DNA of 60,401 bases from Octopus bimaculoides (GCF_001194135.2 NC_068994.1:37872513-37932913); one strand, 5' to 3'; positions 40,236-53,340 are shown, counted from the stretch's first letter. Notes: generated by a model not told the origin, from the letters alone. Translations and numbers: made by a program.

Positions 40236-40639
40236 CTAAATAGAATTCATTATATCAACAAAGGCTAACCTATCTGAATAGTGTTTACTGAAACAAAAAC
40301 AGCAACCATAACAACAACAACAACAACAAAGAGAACAACACTGTCAATAACATGAATTGATTTTTGTCAGTTATGTGTGTCCACTTCAATAGCAACTCAA
40401 GTGTAAATTATTATAACAGCCATATAAGCTGACTGGCATTAATTAACTTAACTATAATAACAGCGTCAGCAACAACAATAGACACAAAATCTCTAAACAG
40501 CCGAGTCATAGCCAGAAATAGCAACCAAATCTACCTCAAATGGAAGGACATATTGAATTCATGCTGTACATCTATTCCATTTGTACATCCTTGGGCAGTT
40601 TTGGTTGCTCATCTGTTTTATTAGAAGGGCTACATAATT

Positions 40640-40716
40640 CAGAGAAAGGGGTTAGGCCTTGAGCCAGGCCTTTCGTGATACCTTTAAAACCAGGAACTTT
40701 TCAGCACCCCCTTGTA
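40640..40716 (-). mobile_element. 5' end of the same mariner family as 8599-8814
   Basis: Reverse complement reads tacaagggggtgctgaaaagttcctggttttaaaggtatcacgaaaggcctggct. Confidence 0.8.
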
Positions 40717-41289
40717 GATGTGGATAAGAGAATGCTCCCAGACAGTGTCATTGTATTACAAGCGAACAGGAATCCACTCTTTCTGCACAAACACATGTAG
40801 GAGACAAGTTCAGCAATTGTGAATGCATATTTTTAAATTTAATTTGTTCTATGAATGAAAATTATATTTAATTTAAAAATATATGCATTTCTCATCTTAC
40901 CCAAAGATATTAAATAAGCCTCATATCTTCATTTTTTGTGCATTTTTCTATTATTTTTATTTCTTTTTTATCATACTGTTGTTACTTCTGATCTTTTCAC
41001 TTTTATTTCTTTCATGTTTTATTTTCACTGTTTCTTTTTTTGCATCTTAAAATAAAATTTAACCTGGAATTTGGAAATCATTCATTCCTGGCAAAAAAAG
41101 AAAAAAAATTCTTGCAACAAAATTACTTTGTGAATGCAGTTTTTCAGCAACATCCTTCAGTGAGTCAAAACTGTCTTGGTATTCACCACCACCACCACAC
41201 CAACAACAATGACAACAACACCATCGTCATCGTCATCATCACCACCACCACTACCACCATCACTACCACAACCACCACCACCACTCTCA

Positions 41290-41500
41290 TCATCATTTAA
41301 CATCCATTTTTCGATGCTTGCATGGGTCAGACAGAATTTGTTGAGGCAAATTTTCTACAACCAGAAACCTTTTTTGCTGCTAGACTTTCAATGATTCCAA
41401 GAAAAGTAATATTTTTTCATGGCTGGACATATTTTACGCAGAAGGCTGGAATTGAACAGCCTCACTTGTAGACAATTATACTCATTTACAATCATCATGT
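41290..41500 (-). mobile_element. RTE-type 3' tail fragment with a long (CAT/CAC)n tail
   Basis: catcatcatttaacatccatttt..catgggtcagacag...ttttctacaaccagaaacc. Confidence 0.75.
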
Positions 41501-41516
41501 AATATCTTGACGAGGT

Positions 41517-41548
<32 letters not shown>

Positions 41549-41584
41549 TACACAAACACACATATACATGCACAAATATATGTG

Positions 41585-42260
41585 ATGGGCTTCTTTCAGT
41601 TTCCATCTACCAAATCCATTAGGAAGGCTTTGGTTAGCCTAAGGCTAATTCAAAAAGATATGTATTTGTCATTTGACATAGAGATATTAAATTAGATTCA
41701 TATCTTCATATCCTTGTAGCTGGAAAGCAAACCTCGTAATCACACAGCTATGCTTTCACTTATTGTGCTACACTAGCACAAAATCTCATTCATAACTGGA
41801 TTCAGGATTATCCTGAAGGTAACAGAGAAACAGGCCATTCACTACACATTCTTTAGAAAGAAAGCAGGACATCCATCTTCCACCTTGTAATGCAAGAGAG
41901 ACAGAGAGGGATTGTATAGAGTAGAGTAACTTGACTAAGAAAGTCTTCTTATTTTATCTTCTTTTACATGTCTCTGCCATTGGATTGCACCCATGCTGTA
42001 GCCATTCCTTGAAGGGTTTTAGTTGAACAGATCAACACCAGTGCTCATTCTTTAAATCTGGTAGTTATTTATTTGGTCTCTTTTGCTGAGCCACTAAGTT
42101 ATGAAGATGTAAATAATCCTACACTAGTTGTCAAATGGAAGTGGGTGAGAACAAACATAAGCTCAAAGACACACAAATACATATATACATTATATATACA
42201 TATACACACATATATATACACACACACATACATTTATACACATACACACACACACATGTA

Positions 42261-42294
<34 letters not shown>

Positions 42295-43140
42295 TACAGG
42301 CTTTCCTGCAGTTTTCCTCCACCAGATTCACTCACAAGGTTATTGGTCAGCTCAGTGTTATACTTGCCCAAGGTGACATGCAGTGGGACTGAACTCAAAA
42401 CCACATGGTTACAAATTGAGCTTCTTAATCACATAGCTATGCTTGTGTCAATGTAAAAGTTTTTGAAAGTTGTCATGTTGGAGTGCATACTTGCTTAAGA
42501 ATTAATGATATAATTTTTCATTTCAAAATAGACTTCTGAAAACTTTTCTTGATTATTATATAAAACTATATATAAAATTCACAAATTAGATTATTTTATG
42601 CTGAACATTATCAAGGGAAGATATATTTTGCAATTAAGTAAGAACATGCAATTTGTATTTTCTCATAAAAAAAAATATGTTCAGCATGCAATTCACATGC
42701 CATAGACTTGCTATAGACATGCAATGTTATTAACAAATAAAATTATGTGTGTCACACAAACAATGACCTGAATGAATTCGTATAGCATCAAATTCTCAAC
42801 AATAATGTTTAGATCAATTTATGCTACTATATATCTATTCGGTATTTTTAAAACTGAATGCATCTTATTTATATTTATTTCAATCATTAAACTACCTCTT
42901 TTGTCAAACTAAGTTACAGGAACATACACATATCAATGCCGGTTGTCAAGTAGTGGTGGGGGACAAACACACACACACATGAATGACAGGCTTCTTTCAG
43001 TTTCCATCTAGTAAATCCACTCATAAGGCTTTGGTCAGCCCAAAGCTATAGCAGAAGACACTTGCCCAAAGTGCCACACAGTAGAATCAAGTGGTTGGGA
43101 AACAAATTTCTTACCACATAGACATGCCTGTGCCTATGTG
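41585..43140 (-). mobile_element. Three SINE family B copies (41585-41750, 41965-42450, 42890-43140)
   Basis: Each shows gggcttctttcagtttccatct..cactca..aggctt..gacacttgcccaa in reverse orientation. Confidence 0.85.
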
Positions 43141-43218
43141 CAGGAAGAATTAAAAATTGACAAATATAATTTTTTACGTCACTGCATATTTATTTCTAGT
43201 TTATCCACACTCCATACT

Positions 43219-43401
43219 TACCATATTTTAACGCATATAAGGAACCCTTGTGTATAAAGAATTCCCTAATTTGGGGGGCTTAAAATTTGGGTAAAAGGTT
43301 TTGTAAGGGATTAAAATACTATCCATGTATAAGAAACTCCTATATTTTTTAAGCCTAATTTTTGACAAAAAAGGGTTCCTAATATACAGTAAAATACAGC
43401 A
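43219..43401. mobile_element. Tc1/pogo-like MITE
   Basis: About 29-bp imperfect TIRs taccatattttaacgcatataaggaaccc / gggttcctaatatacagtaaaatacagca. Confidence 0.65.
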
Positions 43402-44809
43402 TTTCTGGTTTATCCATACTGCATATATATATATATATTTCTAGTTCTTTTACATGGCACATTTATTTGTAGCTTCACTCATTGAACAATGCTGCAGATG
43501 ACTGAGACATTGGGTTGCATATTGCTGAAACATTGTGTTCATAGTACTGTGACAGTGTTTCAGTATTTTCCTAGCAACGATATCTAATTTTTGATGTGTT
43601 ATGCATTAATTATGTTAACACTCTCCTATCTAAAGATAGGCAATTCTGACATGCTATTTCAGTTGGTCAGTTGTGAGTGTTATTGTTATTGAGGGATTGT
43701 CTAGTTCCTAGAGACCCAGTATCCTTTTCTATAAGGTAGCAATTTACTATGGTAGTATTGAGGTAGAGAATCTCGGTTAAAAGCCAATAGAAGGAGATAG
43801 GAAATGAATTGAAATGTTTGGTAGAATGGGAAAATGTAAAACTTCATTAGATATAGCGTCAGAATAATTTATACATTGCTACAGTGAGCAAACAATGAAA
43901 TAATTCTCTTCAACAATTCTGTGAAAATATGCCTTGCCAAAGTTAGGGAGGAAAAAATGTCCATTAAGTACAATTAAATACTAAAATTTGATGACACAAA
44001 TAATCAATATTGTGTCATAAGTAGATAGGAGTAAACACAATGATAATTTGCCATCATTAAACTAGATGTTTATAACTTTCATTACATTTGCACAATGAAA
44101 AAGAGGAAAAATAAAAGTAAATTTGATGATTGCCATAATGTATTCACCTGATCTGAAATAAAGCTGAGTGAAATCTAAGTAATTTCCTTCCTAGCAATGA
44201 AGCTCCCATTTGTTAATAGCGTGCACACTTTCACTAAAAATGGCTGTCTTCATGAATAACTATGACAGTAGATTGAAGTGAGGCTGGTGAAAGGAAGGGG
44301 GACATTTCACAACATTACCAATTATAAATCTGTCTCTTTCACACACACTCTCTTTTTCTTTTTCTCAGCACTTATCAGTCATTATGAATAATTCAAGGAA
44401 GTATGTTAGGATGGTAAGTAACTATTAGCTCTTACAGTTTCATTGCTAAAACATTGAACAAATATTCTTGTCATTTATAGTTATATTTGCTGATCAATTC
44501 AGCATCCTTTATTTTTGGAAGTGATTAATCAGAAATTGGCAACTAAAGATTTTTCTCATACAATGTATTTGTATTAATAAATAGGTGCATATATACATAT
44601 ATTATACATACACATATACCCAACACACACACACACACACATGCATATACATACATGCATACATAAATACTTACAAAATACTTATATTTATGCATACATA
44701 TGTGTGTATGTGTATGTATATATATATATGTGTGTATGTGTATGTATATATGTATATGTGTGTCTGTGTATGTGTATGCATACATACATATGTGTGTATA
44801 TGCATATAT

Positions 44810-44842
<33 letters not shown>

Positions 44843-46017
44843 TTAAACATATATACATAGAGAGAGAGGCATGTATATATGTGTGTATTTATACTTGCAT
44901 ACAAACATACACATGCATGCATAAATAATGCTGTTTCTTACAATATGCATGCATAAATAATGTTTGTGTTCAATACATAGTTAGTCTCTAATAGAAAGCT
45001 CTGAAACATCAACAAACTATTTCTCTTAGCACAAAGAATAATATATAAAGTTGTCATTTACCGATATTTCAAACCCTTTCTCTCCTTGTCGTTTTTTTTT
45101 TGTTTTTTACAAATCTATACATCAATGTTTAAATTGTTTTGGAAATCAATGGATATGATGCCTTTCAAGTTTAGAAATCCTCTGTTCCCAATTCTTTTCA
45201 AAGGGCCCTAGATTAAACCCACAATGGCAATCAAGACGATTAGAAGAATTATTTTGCTTCATATTTTAGTTGTTAGTTTCAAGAGAATTCCGGTTGGTTA
45301 TTTTGTTTATTTATTTATTATTTTCTATTATAGAATTGAATGAATCACAATACTTCTAAATTACTGAACTGCAATTAAATACTTTAAGAATTAATTATTA
45401 ATATTTTGAATTTCAGAAACAAATTCTTTCATTTTTTTTTTTTTCAATGTATGTGCATGATTTCATTGTCTCTTTATTTATTTGTTTATTTGTCTGTTTG
45501 TTTCTGTTTTATAATGTCAGAATTAAATGGTACTCTAATATTCCATAGTTACACTCAAGTGAATTAACAATAAAACAATTGTTGAGAATCAGTAGAGCAT
45601 CAGAGCAAATAGAGTGTAGTTTTTTTTATTACATTTCTTTACATTCTATGTTCAAATCTTGACCAAGCTGACTTTGATTCTCATTTTTCTAAAGTAGATG
45701 AAAATAAGTACCTGTCTATTGACATTAGTGGTGCTATAATTGACAAAAGAATTGAATGTGGTGCTCCAGCATGGCCAGAATCCAATAACTTATGCTACTT
45801 AAGAAAAAAAGAAGGAAATACGAATTATATTTTGCTGTGATTTGTATAGTTATGTGAAATATGGAAACAAGCATTTTCTACAAGATACATGTTGATACCC
45901 ACTATTGGTTTATTTTAATGTTTGCTTCATGTATTATTTCTACCTGTTATATAATGGTATGTAACATTTCTGTAGTAAACCAAGAGAGACTTCATAACCT
46001 CACAGCTAAAGCATAAA

Positions 46018-46435
46018 GAAGACAAATTTTCTAAGAGACTAGCAAAGTCATTTTCACAAGAATGAGTAAAGTCAATTTAACAAGAATGAATGAAGTCAAT
46101 TTGACAAGAACAGATAAAATCTATTTGTTAAAAGATTAGGTAAAGTCAATTCATCAAAGATGAGTAAAGTCATTTTGACAGGGATGGATAAAGTCAATTT
46201 AACAAGGATAGGTAAAAATCAATTTCCTAAAAGATAGGTGAAGCCAGTTTGTCAAGGATGGTTAGAGACAACTCAGTAAAGTGTAGGTAACATTGATTCA
46301 TCAACAGAAGTTATAGTCAATTTGTTTAAAGTTGGGTAAAGATGATTTGCTTAAGAGATAGGCAAAACAACTTTGACAAGGATGAATAAAATCAGTTTGC
46401 TAAGAGATGAACAAAGTCAACTGAACCAACGACAA
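46018..46435 (+). repeat. Degenerate minisatellite, about 17 units of 24-27 bp (consensus aaagtcaatttgacaaggatgggt)
   Basis: Manual segmentation at aaagtca-like anchors. Confidence 0.9.
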
Positions 46436-47339
46436 GTAATCTGGTACTTCCTTATTTTACATATTCTGGGTAATTTTGAGATGCAAGGTCAAGCCAATGA
46501 AATTTGAGAGATTAGAGGTAGAGATTAGACTAAATTCTTTTAGACATTTAGTCCAGTACTCAGCAATTTCTCACCTCTCAATTACCATTGTATTTCTTAC
46601 TAAGAACTGCCAGGCTATATACTGGTAATGACAACTATTTCATTTTCAACTGGATGCCAAAAGACATGGTAGGCTTCACAGAATAGTGCTTACAACAGTG
46701 AACATGGCCATATAGAAATATTCCACCTGTCTTAAGGCTTTCAAATCAATATTCCATAGTAAAACAAAAGAAACCCTGCACACGCTAATGAAGAAGTTTC
46801 TGCTAGAGCCAGTGAGGGAGCCTCTGCATAAGATCATCAAACGAATACATGGAATAAAGTGATCTCAGGTTCCCTAATATGGGAATAAGATGAAAATTTT
46901 TATGGCTGAATTGGCTCTGATAGGTCTGCTCAATAAGTTTTGCCCTGAGGTTAAAACAACAACAACTATGTACACAAGATATCACCTTTTTATCTAATAT
47001 ATTGCAATTTAGAAATATCCCTAATTAGATTCAGAGTTGAAATCTAATCAGAAGTGACTTAGCTTTCCATTTATCCAGGCTTGTTATTATAATTATGCAT
47101 AATGTACTTGTGTTGATTAGAAAAAAACTAGTCTAATCATTGTTGCTGCTGCTGCTGCTTTTGTTGTTGTAGTTGTGGTATGAATTTTATTCATTCAAAT
47201 GGCTAAAAATATACTTTGTCAGATACAAAGAGAATTTTTTCCATTCTGACATGGAGTGTGCAAGATTTCTTGAAAATGTGTACAGTATGTCGTTCAATGA
47301 TTTCCTCATATGATCTCTTACTATTTCCCTATTTCACTA

Positions 47340-47585
47340 GTCTTCACACATTGAACCACTAAGCTTTGGGATATATTGCCCATACAGACAGAAGCAAAAT
47401 CACTGTTACCTATGCAATGAGACTGTAAAAACATGCACGCACACATCTAACAGAATTTATACAGACACTGTCCACCATATTTGCTCGCAACGTATTGGTT
47501 GGCTTGAGGTGAAAGCAGGAGATACTTGCCTAAGGTGTTATGCTATGAGACTGAACCTCAAAACCACATTGTTTTGAAGTGGACT
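47340..47585 (-). mobile_element. SINE family B, decayed
   Basis: gaaccactaagct...gatacttgcctaaggtg..gactgaacctcaaaaccacat. Confidence 0.7.
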
Positions 47586-47665
47586 TTTAAATAGACTGAC
47601 AGCTAAATAAATAGATAGATAGATAGATAGATAATGATATAAATAAATAGACAGAAGTAGTATAC

Positions 47666-47767
47666 CTGGTGTGCACTATGAGATGTACAAGTGCTAATGG
47701 TGTAGTTAGAGTTCCATGTAAAGTATCATCATCTAGTCTGTTTCCAATAAAATGCTTGGTACTTGAT
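47666..47767 (-). CDS. Candidate internal exon, phase 2-2: SSTKHFIGNRLDDDTLHGTLTTPLALVHLIVHT(R)
   Basis: Acceptor cattgtgttacaaag|, donor CAG|gtatac, 102 nt, one open minus-strand frame. Phase-compatible with 37148-37087. Confidence 0.4.
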
Positions 47768-49159
47768 CTTTGTAACACAATGAACTATTGTGGTTCAACA
47801 TTCAACATTGGTGCATGTGTGTGTGTGCATGTATTTACAGTTTCATTACATAGGCAACAATGATTTTGTTTCTGTCTGTATGGACACTTGCAATCCAGAG
47901 GTTGTAGATAACCACAATGTTGAAATTTATATAGGGAATAAATCATATAAACTTGTGTTTATCATAATTGTTCATGTGTGTGTGTGTGTGTGTGTGTTTT
48001 GACAATGTAAATAAGTAGCCTTTATAAGTCATAATGAAAATGTTTCGCATCTTAATTACAATGTTCTATGTTACTCAGTGATTCTTTTATCATTATTGTG
48101 GCAAGCACAGAGAAGTTTGTTTTTTACTAAAGATGCCAAATTATCTCTGGATTTGTTGCCAATGTTTGTTAAAATCAGATTAAATTAATATTAAGTAAAA
48201 TCTCACATTGGAGTAATCCAGTGTGGGTGCATATTGGTGACAAGTATTATTAAAAAAAATAAAAGATGGGGTTATAATCTTAAATAAATGTAGTTGTCAT
48301 TGAGAAGTGAAGAAAAACTTATGATTCAAGCTAAAGCTAAAGCATACAGAACTCATGGTAGCAGTAGAGGAGTGAAATGGATAGGTAGGTATTTTTGTGC
48401 ATGTCTGATTCTTCTGCACAACAGAAAGAGCTTTATGTGGTTACATGGCATGCTAGAAATATCCCCCTTGAGTTCTGTTCTACCAACTTAAAATGTGAAC
48501 ACATTGAATAATGTGATCGAGGGGCCCTTGAACATAAGAAAAAGACTGGATGGCCATGGCTGGAATGCTTTTCCTCATGGGTCTGCTTGATCTGGACTGA
48601 CTTGGAAGTAAATAACAACAACAACATTTTCCTCTCCTCATAACAGACATACCCATCTAGTAATTTTCCTCCTCCATAACCACCATGACTTCTACATAAC
48701 ATTATACACAACTTATTTCTCTTCTGACTTGGAAGTGCCAATATTTTCCCTTTCCTTTCCAGCTATAGTTTTAATAACACCTTTCCTGTAACCTAATAAT
48801 AATCCAGTAGTATAGGTGGGGATAGGAGGAATGATGGGGGTGGAGGCAATGCCTTTATGGGGATAGCACTTTTGAGTCTTCTGTATAAACCAGTATAGGC
48901 TGGCAGCCGTGGGGCTAGGATGGGAGACAAGCTCAAAGATTACTACGGGTGCACGCATTCTAACTACATCATTGTATTAATCATTGAATTAATGTTTACT
49001 TTTCCTTTACTCCATGGATTTTATTAATTAACAATATTTTTTCCTCACAGCATTGGATATGATATCCCTAACTCTACTATTTATATTGCAATTTGATAGT
49101 AACCTAATTCTAAAAATTAATTTAAGTACTGTTTTATGCCATTAAAATAGATGCCATGA

Positions 49160-49445
49160 AGGCTTGTGGTTTAGTAGTGAGAGTATTTGGTTTATGATCA
49201 TAAGGTTATGAGTTTGATTCCTCGTGAAGCGTTGTGTCCTTGAGCAAGACACTTTATTTTATGTTGCACCAGTCCACTCACATGGCAAAAATGAGTTGTA
49301 TCTGTCACATTTGATGTGTTATGCTGAAATCCCCCTGAGAACTACGTGTTTGTGGAGTGCTCAGCCAATTGCAAATTAATTTCACAAGAAGGCCTTTTTG
49401 TTGATCGAATCAACTGGAACACTCATTGAAATAACCAACAGAATG
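49160..49445 (+). mobile_element. SINE family D
   Basis: ggcttgtggtttagtag...gagtttgattcct...ccttgagcaagacactttattt. Confidence 0.85.
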
Positions 49446-49689
49446 CCTGGCTAGCCAAAATAGATGCATTTCACCTTTTCGTGATTGTTCTTTCAATTTC
49501 TTTTTACTCTTTACAAAATATTTTTCTCTAAAACTATTTTCTTATTTTTGTTGAACAATCTTAATAAATAGTCTTAATCTTTTTTTGTTATTTAATATAT
49601 AAAAATAAATAAGCAGCTCCATTTTCTTCATAATTCTGAAGATTTGTACTGGAAAAATAGCATTTACCAAATTTGTCGTTAATATTGAG

Positions 49690-50245
49690 GGTGAACTAAG
49701 GTGACGAGCTTGTAGAATTGTTAGCACACCAAGCAAAATGCTTAGTGGCGTTTCATTCATCTTTACCTTCTGAGTCCAAATTCTGCTGAGGTTGACTTTG
49801 CCTTTCAGCTTTTTGGGGTCTATAAAATATGTACCAGTTGAGCACTGGGGTTGATGTAACCAACTTACTCCTTCTCCTGATATTGCTGGCCTTGTGCCAA
49901 AATTTGAAATGAATACTGAGGGTGAACTGGCAGAATTATTAGAGTGTGGGAAAAAATGTCTCGCAATATTTCTTCTACCTTCTAAGTTCAAATCTTGCCT
50001 TGGTTAACTTTGTCTTTTCTTTTTGGGGGGTCATAAAATAGAGTATTAACTGAGTACTGCAGTCAATGTAATCAACAAACTTTCTACTCTCATAATTGCT
50101 GATCTTTTGCCTCAATTAGAAACAATTATTATTATTGAGTATGGTACATTAGAAAAATAGATAGAATATCAGACAAAAGGTCCTGCACTATTTAGTTCCA
50201 TTTCTTTACATTCTGAGTTCAAATCCCACCATGGTCTACTTTGTC
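49690..50245 (+). mobile_element. Three tandem SINE family A copies (last one partial)
   Basis: Family A motifs repeated at 49700, 49920 and 50150. Confidence 0.85.
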
Positions 50246-50381
50246 ACCTACGTACTGGAGGACAGATCCAGTTATCAAATGAATCATCATGAGAATTGCC
50301 CTGCAACTTTTGTTTAGTTGGGTTAGGCAATTAGCTACCTTCTGTCTGGTGTCTATTATAAAAGATTGTGTACCACTTTAG

Positions 50382-50455
50382 CCTAATCCTAACTCTAACC
50401 CTAACCATATACCTTAACCCTAAACCCTAATCCTAACCTTTAGTCTAACCCTAAT
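50382..50455. repeat. Degenerate interstitial telomere-like (CCCTAA)n tract
   Basis: cctaatcctaactctaaccctaacc...ttaaccctaaaccctaatcctaacc...ctaaccctaa. Confidence 0.75.
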
Positions 50456-51889
50456 TCAAATCAGGTCATTTCACAGTGTAGATCATGGATACTATGGCAG
50501 ACTGCATGTAAAGTAGCACCAGAAATTGTATGATGGTATGGTGGACAAGAATGAAAAGGACTTATCAACTCCTTCAAGTTTCTCTGGGAGAGGAAGGAGT
50601 GGTGGAAAGAAAGTGCATCTACTGAAAGACAAGTAAAATGATGAAAATAGCTTGCTTGAATGGGTCTACTCTCATATGTACATGCAAACCAAAAGTACAG
50701 CTGGGAAAGAGCATCTACCCTTGGACAGTTATGAATAATCATGGATCTGAAGGGTACCTTGATTGGTTGTGTGGTGGTCCCTTTTTTCAGATGTTATATT
50801 TTATTCTGTTCTTTTGTATATTGTTGTTTTCCATGCCTGTTTCTTCCATTATCAGTTCTATAGAGTTTCTTACTATATTTTTTGAGATTTTTCCTTGCAA
50901 TGCACTTTCATCCATTGTCATTGTAGAAAATATTAAAAAAAAAAAGTTCATTATTGCTTTTTTTCAAAATGCTCCATAATTTTCATACATTATCTCTCTT
51001 AAAAAGATTTTTCTAATCCTGTTTTCTGATTGTTTATTCATTTTTATTTTTCTCTTCTTTTCCTTCTTTCTTTTTTGTTTTTATGTCTTATTCTTACATA
51101 ATCGTGTTGTTATTGTTGTATCTTTATCATGATAATACTCTTCTCTTGTTTTTCCTGACACAATAGGTGATATAATGATTACTTTATAACCTATTTTTAT
51201 CACCACCACCCTACTTTGTTATTTTTCCTTTCTTAACATCTAGTATATTATTTATTATTATTCATGCATCTTCTGCTTTATGTGTGTGATTTAAAAAAAA
51301 AATATTTGTTTCAAGTTATTGAGGTCTAATATCTTTCCATATATTATTTCCTGCAAATTGTCTCTCTTTTTCTTGCTCATTTTCTTTCTTTATTCCCCCT
51401 TAGAATTATTATTTCTTTTCAAGGATCAATTTTGCTAATCATATCTTGAAATTACTCAAAACAAATTATCTTTTTTTAAAGGATTATAGCATATACTACA
51501 CAATTTGTGGAAATACATAAAAACAGGAATGTACATTATACATAATACCCATAAATTTGTTTTTTTTTCTTTCATATTTACAATCGCAAATTATATTGTG
51601 GATTAATTTCATATCAGTATAAAATTTTAACTCCTAATATCGAATCTTTAAAAAAAATGGGAAGTTTGGAATTGAATAGAACTATGACATAATTTTCCAT
51701 TTTTCTATTTTATTTTACTACTTTTTTCCTTATATTTTCCCTGTGAATCAAAATAAACTGGAGTGTTCACATCTAAAACAATGTAAAATATGTATTTTTA
51801 GTAATCAGTGTAAACTAAATAACTAACAGATATAATTGCTGAATTGTTATTTTAATCATTGTGGATAAAACTTTGCTAACTTTGTGAAG

Positions 51890-52140
51890 GTGTACAGCCC
51901 AGGGGTTAGAATGTTGTGATCATAATTGGAAGATCATGGCTTTAATTCTTGGATTAGATGATGTATAGTGTTCTTGGATAAAACACTTCAGTTCAAGCTG
52001 CTCCAGGTGATTGGTCATAAATGAATAACTCTGTGAAGGACTGATGACCCTTTCAGGGGCAATGTTGTAACCCCCCGTCATTTATACACTGTGGAAACTG
52101 GATAACCAGTCCTATTAGTCCTAGGACTCGAGATAGTACT
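51890..52140 (+). mobile_element. SINE family D, decayed
   Basis: ggtgtacagcccaggggttagaatg...ttcttggataaaacacttca...ggaaactggataacc; colinear with 18685-18915. Confidence 0.75.
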
Positions 52141-52244
52141 TACTTGCCAACTTTATCATGAAGAAATGTGGAAGTTTTATGGATTGCAAAGTAAATCACT
52201 GCATTTTTAACATGTCAACTGTCATTAAAGGAAAAGAACAGAGA

Positions 52245-52251
52245 GAGAATT

Positions 52252-52325
<74 letters not shown>
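52245..52325. repeat. (GA)n microsatellite
   Basis: Direct reading. Confidence 0.95.
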
Positions 52326-52327
<2 letters not shown>

Positions 52328-53152
52328 GAAGGGAGAGAGTGAACAGAATGTAAAGCGAAATGTTTTTAAAAAGGAATCAACACAAAAACCAAGACCGATT
52401 ACAAAAGACCCAAGTGTGTCGATGTGTCACATCATCCATGGAAATATCAGTAAACTTCATTTTTCTTTATGGCATTTTATTGCCATGTCTATAGACTGTG
52501 TGTCACATTAAAGAAATATATATATATCAAACATAAAATTTTCAGGATTCAAGTGAACCGGGTATTTAAATAGTAACGCACTGGGTCGGTTCAAAATTGG
52601 AAATTGTGTAGCCAACGAAATTAAAGGAACATATATATCAAAGTACAGACGGATTAACTATGCCCAACTGAGTACATCATGGCTGTGCCTAGGAACAAAC
52701 ATTGCAACACTTGTACTGCACTTAATATACTCCAGATCTACGCTAATTACAGGTTCCAAGTAAGGTGATTGATAGATAAATAACAACAGATAGATATTGG
52801 TTCATTCACTACAGCTGTTTCAAATGAATTCTTTTTTTTATTGATGAATTGAGTTACTACATCATGCAAAATAAACTGTTTTCATCAGGTGAATTAAACA
52901 TTAAAAAAAGACATTCCAAGAATCGTCAGTTTGTGCCACTTCATGATTCATTGACCAGCTCCTAATAGGGATAGTACTAATTTTTTATAATCATTTGTGT
53001 TCATTAGAACTACCGTGTTGCCCTTATCTGCCTCCTTGATCGTTATGGTTTTATCTTCTCTTAGTTTGATGAGGTCGTTCTATTCTCTTTTGTTTCCGTA
53101 GAATTTATCAAATGACCACCACCACCACCACGCGTAATCCAAAGTTGGAATT

Positions 53153-53340
53153 AATCACCGCGATATTGCCATCGCCACTGCTACAACAGAAAATAGTATT
53201 AATTGGCTTAAGAGACATGGACTTTTAAATACCCCAAAAATATGCCCCTCGTGAGGAGCTAGCATGATGGAAGTAGCCAAAAAGTTTTTTTTTCTAATTT
53301 GATAAATTCTACGGAAACAAACGAAGGTGGACGAGTGATA
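53153..53340 (+). pseudogene. Merlin (IS1016/IS1595-like) transposase N-terminal remnant
   Basis: NHRDIAIATATTENSINWLKRHGLLNTPKICPS*GASM fits WL...GLL.....CP.CG..M if TGA derives from a Cys codon. After a frameshift, DKFYGNKRRW lies where the WRC motif is expected. Confidence 0.55.

Noticed and set aside
46018-46435. CRISPR-like array or 8-aa repeat protein
   Set aside because: Units are contiguous with no unique spacers, the context is eukaryotic with no cas genes, and 25-27-bp units break the frame.
48713-48958. 81-aa minus-strand ORF with an Ig-like P.P...W pattern
   Set aside because: Poor acceptor, no strong donor, and the opposite strand equally resembles a decayed LINE endonuclease (DR..GGG). 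Unresolved.
50462-50780. RTE endonuclease remnant
   Set aside because: Only vague motif similarity after several assumed frameshifts; not supportable without a search.
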